DNA of 64,000 nucleotides from Clostridiales bacterium Firm_16 (GTDB taxonomy: Bacteria > Bacillota > Clostridia > Saccharofermentanales > Saccharofermentanaceae). How positions within the stretch are numbered: position 1 is the stretch's first letter; the number at the start of each line of letters is the position of its first letter. A model generated the notes under the pieces. The model did no database searches. It was not told where the DNA came from and was given only the letters and a program-made list of their open reading frames with translations. The position numbers and the translations under genes are program-made. The stretch spans positions 46,999 to 110,998 of the forward strand of contig LVAV01000098.1 of assembly GCA_001604185.1 (NCBI GenBank), given 5' to 3'. Positions 26,291 to 36,044 of this stretch are shown here, in pieces.

Positions 26291-29200
26291 TTAAAACAGG
26301 GAAATATTATCCATGCCAAAACGGTTCGCCAGGATCTGACAAACTTCACGGTTCCAGAGGATGTTATATTCCGGGGCAAGAGGAACATACCGATGCTCCT
26401 TCGGAAGCGCGATGGTCACCGGCACATTTCCGTGGAAATACGCGCAGGTCGCCAGAAGCTGCTTATAGCCTTCGTCATTCTCGTTTCCGAAATAGCGAAT
26501 CGCCAGACGTAAAGTCTTGGTCTGCGGGACCGGCGCCGTGTTCGTGGTACCCGGAGCCGCCTCCGGACCGGCAGAAGTTTCCTTATCCGGCGCTTTCGGA
26601 GCTTCCTTTCTCGGAGCAGAATAATTCTTCGCATAAGACGGACCCGGCAACTGGCATAACGGTTCATCGTCACGACTGAGACCGACAGCGTCGTCCAGTA
26701 CCAGCTTGATCTCTTCATCTCCAAGCTGCACCTGTCCGCGAATCAGCAACGCTTTGGAAGACGCGATCACGTTACCGTAGCGGTTATACCGATCCGGGAA
26801 TACCAGCACTTCGTAATCGCTGTAAAGATCCTCCAGACGAAGGATACACATCGCCTTGCCCTGCTTGGTCATGCGCTGTTTCGCAGATACGATCAGTCCG
26901 GCCATGACCACTCTTTCCCGATCCTTCAGGATCCTGCCGGTCGGTACATCTTCTCCCATTGTCTTCTGCAAGGAGGTACTGTCGGTATCCGCCAGTTCCA
27001 GTGCTTTCTTATAGTTCTCCAGAGGATGTCCGGAAACATAAAGTCCCAGCATCTCCTTCTCCTTCATCAATCGTTCCTCGAGAGGATACTCATTGACATT
27101 CGGAAGTACCGGCTCCTCCTCAGCCGCTTTCGCCTCGTCACCGGAAAGGAGACTGAAGATAGAGATCTGTCCCTCCATTGTCTGGTGTCTGCTGGCGGAA
27201 AGCCGGTTCATATAAGGTTCGAAAGCCCCCATCATCTGGGCTCTCGGAATACCGAATTCATCCAAGGCAGAAGAATAGATCAGACTCTCGATCATCTTCT
27301 TGTTGATCTCCAGTTTATCCGCCCGCTTCAGGAAATTTCCGAAAGACGTAAACGGACCGTTCACTTCTCGATCGATAACGATCTTCTCTACCGCATTCTC
27401 ACCTACGTTCTTGACCGCGGTCAGACCGATACGGATCGCCCTGTCACCCTCAGTACTGAACTTGACCTGGCTCTTATTCACCGACGGCGGGAGAATGGAG
27501 ATCCCCATCTTCTTGGAACATCCGGTATACCATGCGGACTGGGCCTGATTACCCAGGAAACTGTTGAGCATGGCAGCCATGAATTCAGTCGGATAGTGAT
27601 ACTTCAGATAGGCGGTGAAATAACCTACTACCGCATAGGCCGCAGCATGGGACTTGTTGAAGGCATAACCGGCAAACTGGGTCACGTCGTCGAAGATCTT
27701 TCTGGCGACAGGTTCCGATACCCCGTTAGCGATAGCACCGGCTACCTCTCTGCCCTTCTCATCCTTACCGCCATAGATAAAGGTCTGACGGTATTTCTCC
27801 ATGAGGGACGCTTTCTTCTTCGCCATGGCACGCCGGATATTATCTGACTGACCCATAGAGAAACCGGCCAGGTCTCGCACGATCTGCATGACCTGCTCCT
27901 GATAGATCATACAACCATATGTCATGTTCAGGATCGGTTCCAGAAGCGGATGATCGTACTTGATCAGTGACGGATCATGACGGGCCGCAACATACTTCGG
28001 GATCTGGTCCATCGGACCCGGACGATAAAGAGAGATACCTGCAATGATATCCTCAAGCGAAGATGGCTTGAGATCCATCATGAAGGACGTCATGCCCGAA
28101 CTTTCAAGCTGGAACACGCCCTCGGTCTCACCTCGGGAGATCATGTCGAAGATCCCCTTCTCATCCATCGGGATCCGGTCAAAATCGATGGTGATTCCGT
28201 AATTATCCAGAACCATCTGGGCCGTATCCCGCATTACCGTCAATGTACGAAGGCCCAGGAAGTCGAACTTCAGAAGTCCGATCTCCTCGGAATTGGCTTT
28301 TGCAAACTGTACGACCACAGATTCATCGTTCTTAGAAAGCGGCGCAATATCCGTAAGAGGTTTGGCAGAAATAATGACACCTGCGGCATGGGTCGATGCA
28401 TGACGGGGCATACCCTCGAACAGCATGGCCGTATCCAGCACCTGCTTGACCACAGGAGAATTCTCATATTCTTCCTTCAATTCCGGAGAATTCTTCAGCG
28501 CATCCGGAATCGTGATTCCCAGATTATTCGGGATCAGCTTGGCGATACGGTCGCTCTCGGCATAAGGAACATCCAGCGCTCTTGCCACATCCTTAATACA
28601 GGCTTTGGCGGCCAGAGTACCGAAAGTGATAACCTGTGCCACGCGGTCTTCACCGTATTTACGTGTTACGTAATCGATGACTTCCTGACGTCGTTCATAA
28701 CAGAAATCTACGTCAAAGTCAGGCATGCTGACACGTTCGTTATTCAGGAAACGCTCGAAGATCAGGCCATACTTGATCGGATCGATATTTGTAATCTGAA
28801 GTGCATAGGCAACAAGAGATCCTGCACCGGAACCACGTCCCGGTCCCACCATGATCCCCTGGCTCTTGGCATAGTGGATAAAGTCCCACACGATGAGATA
28901 ATAGTCTGTATATCCCATGGATGTGATGACGGATAACTCATACTCTGCACGGTCGATATACTGCTTTCGCAGTTCCTCGTCCTCGCACCATTCCAGGCGC
29001 TTCGTAAGACCTTCGTCACACAGAGATCGCAGGTATTCCTCTGCATCTGCATATTCCAGCGGTACATCGAAAGCCGGAAGATGGATCTGGTCGAAAGTAT
29101 AGCCTGCATGACACATGCTGGCGATCTTAGTCGTATTTTCAATGGCAGACGGCACGGCGGCGAAATACTGCCGCATCTCTTCTTCCGACTTAATGTAGAA

Positions 29201-29938
29201 ATCCTTCGTAGGCATCTTCATTCTGTCCGGATCACTCATGCGCTTGCCGGTCTGCATACAAAGAAGCACTTCATGGGCTTCACTGTCAGAAGGATACATA
29301 TAGTGGCAGTCGTTTGTGGCAACTAACGGGATACCGGTCTCATTCGAAAGCAGGATGAGATGCTGGTTTACTCTGGCCTGTTCCGAAAGCTGATTGCTCT
29401 GGATCTCCAGATAATAGTTGCCTCTTCCGAACACCCGGTCATACCACAGTGCCGCTTCCTTCGCCTTATCAAATTCTTCATTCAGAACATGCGTGGCGAC
29501 TTCGCCGGAAACACAGGCAGAAAGAGCAATCAGCCCTTTCGAATACTTCTCCAGAAGCTCGTGGTCGATCCTGGGCTTATAGTAAAATCCTTCGGTAAAA
29601 CCGGCCGAGACCAGACGGTTCAGATTACGAAGGCCTTCGTCATTCTTAGCAAGAAGTACCAGATGGTAACTGTGCCGGTCCTCGAACTCCTTCAGAAAAC
29701 GTCCACGAGGAGCGACATAACACTCACATCCGATGATCGGATGGATCCCTTCTTCCTGCATGGCTTTATAAAATTCAACGCAGCCATACATGACACCATG
29801 GTCCGTGATGGCGCAGGACGTCATACCCAGTTCCTTGAGCCGGGCAGCCAGGCGCTTGATACGGATCGCTCCATCCAGGAGACTGTATTCCGTATGTAAG
29901 TGAAGATGTACAAAACCTTGTAGATTCTCTTCTGCCAT
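26291..29938 (-). CDS. dnaE: DNA polymerase III alpha subunit (DnaE type)
   Basis: N-terminal PHP domain FVHLHLHTEYSLLDG, polymerase core PDFDVDF and an OB-fold region; 1215 aa. Confidence 0.95.
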   Translation of the reverse strand: MAEENLQGFVHLHLHTEYSLLDGAIRIKRLAARLKELGMTSCAITDHGVMYGCVEFYKAMQEEGIHPIIGCECYVAPRGRFLKEFEDRHSYHLVLLAKNDEGLRNLNRLVSAGFTEGFYYKPRIDHELLEKYSKGLIALSACVSGEVATHVLNEEFDKAKEAALWYDRVFGRGNYYLEIQSNQLSEQARVNQHLILLSNETGIPLVATNDCHYMYPSDSEAHEVLLCMQTGKRMSDPDRMKMPTKDFYIKSEEEMRQYFAAVPSAIENTTKIASMCHAGYTFDQIHLPAFDVPLEYADAEEYLRSLCDEGLTKRLEWCEDEELRKQYIDRAEYELSVITSMGYTDYYLIVWDFIHYAKSQGIMVGPGRGSGAGSLVAYALQITNIDPIKYGLIFERFLNNERVSMPDFDVDFCYERRQEVIDYVTRKYGEDRVAQVITFGTLAAKACIKDVARALDVPYAESDRIAKLIPNNLGITIPDALKNSPELKEEYENSPVVKQVLDTAMLFEGMPRHASTHAAGVIISAKPLTDIAPLSKNDESVVVQFAKANSEEIGLLKFDFLGLRTLTVMRDTAQMVLDNYGITIDFDRIPMDEKGIFDMISRGETEGVFQLESSGMTSFMMDLKPSSLEDIIAGISLYRPGPMDQIPKYVAARHDPSLIKYDHPLLEPILNMTYGCMIYQEQVMQIVRDLAGFSMGQSDNIRRAMAKKKASLMEKYRQTFIYGGKDEKGREVAGAIANGVSEPVARKIFDDVTQFAGYAFNKSHAAAYAVVGYFTAYLKYHYPTEFMAAMLNSFLGNQAQSAWYTGCSKKMGISILPPSVNKSQVKFSTEGDRAIRIGLTAVKNVGENAVEKIVIDREVNGPFTSFGNFLKRADKLEINKKMIESLIYSSALDEFGIPRAQMMGAFEPYMNRLSASRHQTMEGQISIFSLLSGDEAKAAEEEPVLPNVNEYPLEERLMKEKEMLGLYVSGHPLENYKKALELADTDSTSLQKTMGEDVPTGRILKDRERVVMAGLIVSAKQRMTKQGKAMCILRLEDLYSDYEVLVFPDRYNRYGNVIASSKALLIRGQVQLGDEEIKLVLDDAVGLSRDDEPLCQLPGPSYAKNYSAPRKEAPKAPDKETSAGPEAAPGTTNTAPVPQTKTLRLAIRYFGNENDEGYKQLLATCAYFHGNVPVTIALPKEHRYVPLAPEYNILWNREVCQILANRFGMDNISLF

Positions 29939-30010
29939 AACGACGTCCTTTCTCTCGTCGGGTACGTTTACCCGAACGCATCTTCTCTATATATAATATC
30001 TGCTGTCCGG

Positions 30011-32032
30011 TTAATTGTCTCCCAGTTTTCCCTTTACTACGACCAGCAGATCACGAAGCCTTGCCGCTTCCTCGAAAGCCAGTTCCTTCGCGGCAGCCTT
30101 CATCTCCTTGTCCAGGCGGGCCGCCAGTTTCTCCAATTCTTTACGCGACATACTGGTCTTCTTCTGGTTCACCAGATTGTTCAGATCCTTCATGTCGATC
30201 TGATCCTCGCGGCTGACTTCCTCCATCGTATCCAGTACATCCCGGACTTCCTTCGAGACACTCTTCGGAATAATATGGTTCTCTTCATTATACTTGATCT
30301 GGATCTCACGTCGACGATTCGTCTCCGAAACCGCGGCGAACATCGAGTCGGTCACATCATCGGCATAGAAAATAACACGGCCGTTGACGTTTCTCGCTGC
30401 ACGTCCGATCATCTGGATCAACGAGCGGGTTGAACGCAGGAAGCCTTCCTTGTCGGCATCCAGGATCATAAGCAAGGAAACCTCCGGAATATCCAGACCT
30501 TCACGAAGCAGGTTGATACCTACCAGTACATCGAATTCTCCCTGTCGCAGCTGACGCAGGATCTTCATACGGTCTACGGTATCGATATCCGAATGCAGAT
30601 ACTTTACCCGGATGTCTTCCTGTTTCAGATAATCCGTCAGGTCTTCCGACATCTTCTTGGTCAGCGTCAGGATCAAGGCACGCTCGCCCTTGCTTACCGT
30701 ATCGCGGATCTCGGTGAGGATATCCTCCATCTGTCCGTCTACCGGGCGGATCGAGATCTCCGGATCCAGAAGTCCTGTCGGTCGGATGATCTGCTCGACT
30801 GTCTGACTGCTGTGTTCAGCTTCATATGTAGAAGGCGTCGCCGAAACAAAGATCGTCTGTCCCATCTTCTTCTCGAACTCCTCGAACTTCAAAGGTCGGT
30901 TATCGAAAGCCGACGGCAGGCGGAAACCATAATCCACCAAAGTCGTCTTACGAGAACGGTCACCGTTATACATGGCTCCGATCTGCGGTACCGTGACATG
31001 GGACTCGTCGATCATAAGAAGATAATCCTTCGGCATAAAGTCCATCAGAGTAAACGGAGGTGATCCCGGCTCACGTCGGGTCAGATGACGGGAATAGTTC
31101 TCGATGCCCTTTACAAAACCCGTCTCTGCCAGCATCTCCAGATCGTACCGGGTCTTCTGCTCCAGGCGGTAAGCCTCGATCAGTTTGCCCTGGTCACGCA
31201 GCTCCTTCAGACGTTCGTCCAGTTCTTCCTCTATAGTGACAAGCGCATGCTGCATCTTCTCCTTCGTCGTCGCATAGTGGGACGCAGGAAAGATCACGGC
31301 ATAGTTTCTCGCCCACATGACCTTACCGGTCAGGTAGTGCACTTCCGTGATCTTCTCGATCTCATCACCGAAAAAAGTCACACGTGTCAGCAGCTCCTCG
31401 GATGACGGCGGGAAGATATCCAGTGTATCTCCCTTCACCCGGAAGGCACCACGTGTGATGGCAAAATCATTACGTACATACTGAAGATCTACCAGCTGAC
31501 GGATCACATCATCTCTGGACTTCATCATGCCGACCCGAAGGTTGATCATGAGGTCCTTATAGTCAGAAGGATCACCGAGACCATAGATACAGGAAACAGA
31601 TGCCACGACGATCACATCTCTTCTCTCCAGAAGAGAACTGGTGGCGCTGTGACGCATACGATCGATCTCATCGTTGATGTCACAATCCTTCTCAATATAG
31701 GTATCCGTCGAAGCAATATAAGCTTCCGGCTGATAGTAATCGTAATAGGAAACAAAAAATTCCACGGCATTATCCGGGAAAAACGCCTTGAACTCGGCGG
31801 CCAGCTGGGCCGCCAGAGTCTTGTTCGGCGCAATGACCAGCGTCGGGCGCTGGGTCTTCTCTATAATGTTCGCCATGGTAAAGGTCTTACCCGAACCGGT
31901 AACGCCCAGAAGTGTCTGGGCCCGCATTCCTTCGGAAAGACCACTGACCAGTTTCTCGATGGCCTGAGGCTGATCACCGGTCGGTGCAAATGGCGAATGT
32001 ATAACAAATTGGTTCTTCGACTCTGCTTCCAT
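30011..32032 (-). CDS. uvrB: Excinuclease ABC subunit B
   Basis: [16 protein letters not shown], helicase motifs and a C-terminal UVR domain ([11 protein letters not shown]). Confidence 0.95.
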   Translation of the reverse strand: MEAESKNQFVIHSPFAPTGDQPQAIEKLVSGLSEGMRAQTLLGVTGSGKTFTMANIIEKTQRPTLVIAPNKTLAAQLAAEFKAFFPDNAVEFFVSYYDYYQPEAYIASTDTYIEKDCDINDEIDRMRHSATSSLLERRDVIVVASVSCIYGLGDPSDYKDLMINLRVGMMKSRDDVIRQLVDLQYVRNDFAITRGAFRVKGDTLDIFPPSSEELLTRVTFFGDEIEKITEVHYLTGKVMWARNYAVIFPASHYATTKEKMQHALVTIEEELDERLKELRDQGKLIEAYRLEQKTRYDLEMLAETGFVKGIENYSRHLTRREPGSPPFTLMDFMPKDYLLMIDESHVTVPQIGAMYNGDRSRKTTLVDYGFRLPSAFDNRPLKFEEFEKKMGQTIFVSATPSTYEAEHSSQTVEQIIRPTGLLDPEISIRPVDGQMEDILTEIRDTVSKGERALILTLTKKMSEDLTDYLKQEDIRVKYLHSDIDTVDRMKILRQLRQGEFDVLVGINLLREGLDIPEVSLLMILDADKEGFLRSTRSLIQMIGRAARNVNGRVIFYADDVTDSMFAAVSETNRRREIQIKYNEENHIIPKSVSKEVRDVLDTMEEVSREDQIDMKDLNNLVNQKKTSMSRKELEKLAARLDKEMKAAAKELAFEEAARLRDLLVVVKGKLGDN

Positions 32033-32055
32033 ACTTCTGTCCTATTCTGATCATT

Positions 32056-32069
32056 CGAACATATTTTCG
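32056..32069 (-). promoter_or_regulatory. LexA (Cheo-type SOS) box candidate upstream of uvrB
   Basis: The minus strand reads CGAAAATATGTTCG, one mismatch from the Firmicutes consensus CGAACATATGTTCG. It lies 8 nt downstream of a TATACT -10-like hexamer and 23 nt upstream of the uvrB ATG. Confidence 0.5.
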
Positions 32070-32116
32070 TTTCGTTCAGTATAGCACAGATCGGATGAAA
32101 GCGAAAGACTTTTTTC

Positions 32117-32347
32117 TTAGTCGACAGTGTCTACGACCAGGATCCTCTCGATCGGAACATTAAACGTGAGGGAAAGCACGACCAGATTGTCGATAGTCGG
32201 CATACTCACGCCCCGTTGCCACTTGTAGATCGCCTGAGGTGTTGCAAATCCGAAGATATCCTGTAATTCGCGTACCGAAAGGCCGACGCTTTCGCGCAGC
32301 TTCACGATATTACTTCCTGTCTCTTCCATGTTGATGATTGGTAACAT
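32117..32347 (-). CDS. XRE-family helix-turn-helix transcriptional regulator
   Basis: 76 aa with IVKLRESVGLSVRELQDIFGFATPQAIYKWQRGVSMPTIDNLVVLS, matching an HTH_3 pattern. Confidence 0.75.
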   Translation of the reverse strand: MLPIINMEETGSNIVKLRESVGLSVRELQDIFGFATPQAIYKWQRGVSMPTIDNLVVLSLTFNVPIERILVVDTVD

Positions 32348-32378
32348 AGGTCACTCCCCCATTTCTGTTATTAAAATG

Positions 32379-32417
32379 AAAAAAACCGCTTTTCCTTGAC
32401 GCACAGGAAAAGCGGTT
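32379..32417 (-). terminator. Rho-independent terminator after the small ORF
   Basis: 12-bp stem aaccgcttttcc/ggaaaagcggtt, followed on the minus strand by a T7 run. Confidence 0.6.
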
Positions 32418-32441
32418 CAATGTCGTTCTAGTTGTGAAACC

Positions 32442-32594
32442 TTATATTCCAAAGTGTTCCACAAGCACTCTTCCTGTATTGTCGAAATTAATTACGCGCA
32501 CAAGCTGAATTTCATGTGCATACACACCACACTTGACGACCCAAGTTCTGGCTGCTGATGTTGCGGTAATGGATTTAATCGTAATATTATTCAT
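32442..32594 (-). CDS. Small hypothetical protein, 50 aa (below the ORF-track cutoff)
   Basis: My own translation gives MNNITIKSITATSAARTWVVKCGVYAHEIQLVRVINFDNTGRVLVEHFGI. It is preceded by AAAGGAG and followed by its own terminator. I recognise no family. Confidence 0.45.
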   Translation of the reverse strand: MNNITIKSITATSAARTWVVKCGVYAHEIQLVRVINFDNTGRVLVEHFGI

Positions 32595-32673
32595 CACTTC
32601 TGAAACACTCCTTTCTTAAATTTCGTTCAGTTATCTTACTGATATTTGTTACTTTACCACTCTTGTTTGTGTT

Positions 32674-32689
32674 TGTCAGTATACTGACA
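32674..32689. promoter_or_regulatory. Perfect 16-bp palindrome TGTCAGTATACTGACA (operator candidate)
   Basis: The palindrome is exact and contains TATACT. It lies 80 nt upstream of the 50-aa ORF, in the gap after the 152-aa gene. Confidence 0.4.
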
Positions 32690-32718
32690 GTATAAAATTT
32701 GAAGAAATTTTTCTACTG

Positions 32719-33177
32719 TTATTCAGCATAGTACATATATAAATATGGCTCGGCCGAACCCTCCAGATCCACAAAGCCCACAACAGAGCCTGTTGCAAGT
32801 CTTCCAACGATGACCCAGGAGACAGTGGTCGGATTCGGAATGAGTTTCTGACCGGAAAACAGTGAATACTTCTGGACTTCAAAATCCGAGATTTCGATCT
32901 CGTGATGGTCAGCACCGTAAAGGCCATATAATGTAGTGATCACTTCATTCATGTGTTCGACCGTATCGATCTTGACCTTCACTTCGAATCCGGTACGGTT
33001 GAAAATCGATCCGTATCCGACATAGTCTTCGATCGTGCAGTAATCCGGAAGCTTATAATTCGTCTTTCTCTCGATCACGCTGGTCTTTCTGTCACGGATA
33101 AAGAATACAGCCAGTACTATACCCATCGCAACAATGAGTACGATCAAGATCGGAACAGTCTTCTTATTTCCACCCAT
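32719..33177 (-). CDS. Hypothetical N-terminally anchored protein
   Basis: 152 aa with a single N-terminal TM helix (VPILIVLIVAMGIVLAVFFI). Its start overlaps the tatD stop (TGATG). Confidence 0.6.
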   Translation of the reverse strand: MGGNKKTVPILIVLIVAMGIVLAVFFIRDRKTSVIERKTNYKLPDYCTIEDYVGYGSIFNRTGFEVKVKIDTVEHMNEVITTLYGLYGADHHEIEISDFEVQKYSLFSGQKLIPNPTTVSWVIVGRLATGSVVGFVDLEGSAEPYLYMYYAE

Positions 33178-33986
33178 CAGGTATCCTTTCCGAAAAGACG
33201 CTGCGCATTCTCTGTCGTGATCCTGGCCATTTCTTCTGCCGGGATCCCCTTGATCCGCGCCATCTCTTCTACCACATATTTCACATAAGCCGGCTCATTC
33301 CTGTGTCCGCGATGCGGTACCGGAGCCATATACGGAGAATCAGTCTCCACCAGAAGCCTGTCCAGCGGGCACATCCGGATCACATCCGGAGCCTTGCGTG
33401 CGTTCTTAAAAGTGATCGGTCCATCAAATCCCAGATAGAATCCCATCTTCAGAAGGATCTCTGCCGTCTCCGGGCTTCCGGAGAAGCAATGCAGTACACC
33501 GGGCACTTCACGGAGTACGTGCTGCTCGTGAAGAGAGCGCAGGATAAACAGCGTATCTTCACAGGCATCTCTCTCATGGATCACGGCAGGAAGATCGTAA
33601 CGGTAAGCAAGTCCCATCTGGTAGATGAAGGCCGTGGCCTCGTGAACCGGGGACGCATCGTCATAGTGATAATCCATTCCGATCTCACCTACAGCCACGA
33701 TCCCCAGATCATCTTTATGCTTCAGCCAGTCCTCCAGGCGGAACTTCGCCTCTTCATCGAAGCTCTGAGCCGTTTCCGGATGCACGCCGACCATACAGGA
33801 TAACTTTACACCGCAGTCTTGCTTCATTTGACGAAGTTGAAGTGCGATCTGGCTGTCCTCGATCGTCGAACTGGCCAGCAGGATGTGATTCACCCCCGCA
33901 TCCTTTGCGTTGGTCAGCACCGCATCGATATCTTCTTTATATTCTTCACGCCAGTTCAGATGAGCATGCGTGTCAAACATCTCCAT
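33177..33986 (-). CDS. tatD: TatD-family metal-dependent hydrolase
   Basis: MFDTHAHL at the N-terminus, IGEIGMDYH, HCFSG and ETDSPY. Confidence 0.85.
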   Translation of the reverse strand: MEMFDTHAHLNWREEYKEDIDAVLTNAKDAGVNHILLASSTIEDSQIALQLRQMKQDCGVKLSCMVGVHPETAQSFDEEAKFRLEDWLKHKDDLGIVAVGEIGMDYHYDDASPVHEATAFIYQMGLAYRYDLPAVIHERDACEDTLFILRSLHEQHVLREVPGVLHCFSGSPETAEILLKMGFYLGFDGPITFKNARKAPDVIRMCPLDRLLVETDSPYMAPVPHRGHRNEPAYVKYVVEEMARIKGIPAEEMARITTENAQRLFGKDT

Positions 33987-33989
33987 GGA

Positions 33990-35933
33990 TCAGGAAACCT
34001 CCGCTCCCGGCTCCACACCTTCCGGAACAGAAAGAAGTGCATAATCACCGTTAGGCTTCTCTGCACAGAGGATCATGCCGTAGGAATCGAAACCACGAAG
34101 TTTTCTCGGTGCCAGGTTTGCCACCCAGACGACCATCTTTCCTACCATCTCTTCCGGTGTGTAGTACTGTGCGATACCGGACAATACCTGCATCTTTCTG
34201 TCACCGACATCCAGCTGCATGCGAAGGAGCTTATCTGCCTTCGGAACCTTCTCACACTCCAGGACCTTCGCCGCGCGAAGCTCCAGTTTTGCAAAATCGT
34301 CATAAACGATCTCGTCCTTATGCTCCAGCACTTTGCCCTTGGCCGCTGCTTCTGCAGCAGCAGAGATCTTGCCGAGTTCCTCCATCTCTTTCTCCATATC
34401 CAGACGCGGGAAGAGCACTTCACCCTTCTGTACGGTCACGTCAGAAGAAAGCACGCCTGTCTCACCGGACTTGTCCCATGTGGTCTGGTCTTCGGATGCA
34501 CCGATCTGTTTCCAGATCTCCGGGCAGGTATTCGGCATTACCGGATTCAGGAGGATCGAGCAGATACGAACGGTATCCAGAAGGTTATAAAGCACGGTGG
34601 CCAGTCTGGCCTTCTTGCTCTCGTCCTTCGCCAGTACCCAAGGTGCTGTCTCGTCGATATACTTATTCGCACGGGCGATGACCTTGAAGATCTCAGCCAG
34701 TGCATTGGCGATATGAAGGGTCTCGTAGTTCTCTTCTACGAACGGCTTGAGGTTCTTCGCCATGGTCAGGAGCTCCTCGTCGAGCGGATCGGATTCACGG
34801 TCTGCCGGAAGCTTGCCGTCAAAATACTTGATCGCCATGGCCACTGTTCTGGAAACCAGGTTTCCGAGGTCATTGGCCAGGTCGTTGTTGATTCTCTGAA
34901 CCATCTGCTCATTGCTGAACGGACAGTCTGCACCGAAAGGCATCTCGCGGAGGAGATGGTAACGGACAGCGTCTACTCCATAGCGGTCAGCCAGGATAAA
35001 CGGATCGATGACGTTACCTGTGGACTTACCCATCTTGGCACCGCCGAATGTGATCCATCCGTGGCCATAGATATGCTTCGGAAGCGGCAGATCCAGCGCC
35101 ATCAGCATTGCCGGCCAGATCAGGGAGTGGAAACGAACGATCTCTTTCGCCATAACGTGAATGTCAGCCGGCCAGTATTTCTCGAAATCGTTATATGTGC
35201 TGTTACCATAGCCCAGGGCCGTGATATAGTTGCTGAGCGCGTCGATCCATACGTATACGACGTGCTTCTCATCGAAGGTTACCGGGATGCCCCACTTAAA
35301 GCTGGTACGGGATACACAGAGATCCTCCAGACCCGGCTTGATGAAGTTGTTGATCATCTCGTTGACACGGGACTTCGGCTCCAGGAAATTTCTCTCCTCA
35401 TCAAGAAGGAGCTCTTCCAGCTTGCCGCTGAACTCAGAAAGCTTAAAGAAGTAAGCCTCTTCCTCTGCGTCCACAACGTCACGTCCGCAGTCCGGGCACT
35501 TGCCGTCCTTCAGCTGGCTCTCGGTCCAGAAAGACTCACAAGGTGTGCAGTACTTGCCGACATATTTGCTCTTATAGATGTAGCCCTTGTCATACAGATC
35601 CTTGAAGATCTTCTGCACGGACTCCACGTGATACGGATCCGTAGTACGGATGAAACGGTCATAAGTAATGTCCAGGCGCTCCCAGAGTTTCTTGAAGTTC
35701 GCAACGATACCGTCTACATAGGCTCGCGGCGTAGTACCTACCTCCAAAGCCTTCTTCTCGATCTTCTGGCCATGCTCATCGGTTCCGGTCAGAAACATGA
35801 CATCAAAACCCTGCATTCGCTTATATCTGGATACAACGTCGCATGCCAGCGTCGTGTAGCAGTGTCCCACGTGCGGATTGCCCGATGGGTAATAAATCGG
35901 AGTTGTGATGTAATACTTCTGTTTTTCGGCCAT
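33990..35933 (-). CDS. metG: Methionine--tRNA ligase with C-terminal tRNA-binding (Trbp111/EMAP-like) domain
   Basis: PIYYPSGNPHVGH (HIGH), a CPDCG zinc knuckle, KMGKS (KMSKS) and the C-terminal OB domain LRAAKVLECEKVPKADKLL. Confidence 0.95.
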   Translation of the reverse strand: MAEKQKYYITTPIYYPSGNPHVGHCYTTLACDVVSRYKRMQGFDVMFLTGTDEHGQKIEKKALEVGTTPRAYVDGIVANFKKLWERLDITYDRFIRTTDPYHVESVQKIFKDLYDKGYIYKSKYVGKYCTPCESFWTESQLKDGKCPDCGRDVVDAEEEAYFFKLSEFSGKLEELLLDEERNFLEPKSRVNEMINNFIKPGLEDLCVSRTSFKWGIPVTFDEKHVVYVWIDALSNYITALGYGNSTYNDFEKYWPADIHVMAKEIVRFHSLIWPAMLMALDLPLPKHIYGHGWITFGGAKMGKSTGNVIDPFILADRYGVDAVRYHLLREMPFGADCPFSNEQMVQRINNDLANDLGNLVSRTVAMAIKYFDGKLPADRESDPLDEELLTMAKNLKPFVEENYETLHIANALAEIFKVIARANKYIDETAPWVLAKDESKKARLATVLYNLLDTVRICSILLNPVMPNTCPEIWKQIGASEDQTTWDKSGETGVLSSDVTVQKGEVLFPRLDMEKEMEELGKISAAAEAAAKGKVLEHKDEIVYDDFAKLELRAAKVLECEKVPKADKLLRMQLDVGDRKMQVLSGIAQYYTPEEMVGKMVVWVANLAPRKLRGFDSYGMILCAEKPNGDYALLSVPEGVEPGAEVS

Positions 35934-36044
35934 ATAATATGCGCCTCCTTTACCTTTGCTAAATGCAATTATTGATTATAGCAACTTTGTGATGATAAAA
36001 TCAATGAATATCAGAAAGTTAGACTAGGAGTTTACGTATCCGAG

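Noticed and set aside
29939-30010. Hairpin tcgggta-aacg-tacccga upstream of dnaE, considered as a uvrB terminator or LexA site
   Set aside because: No T-run follows it on the minus strand, and it does not match the GAAC-N4-GTTC SOS box.
33819-35975. 718-aa plus-strand ORF
   Set aside because: A codon-aligned antisense shadow of metG, which itself is unambiguous (HIGH, KMSKS, tRNA-binding domain).
35934-36044. T-box or other riboswitch upstream of metG, and likewise upstream of leuS (47999-48212)
   Set aside because: The regions are too short and lack the AGAGA, specifier and T-box (GGTGGNACC) elements seen upstream of thrS.
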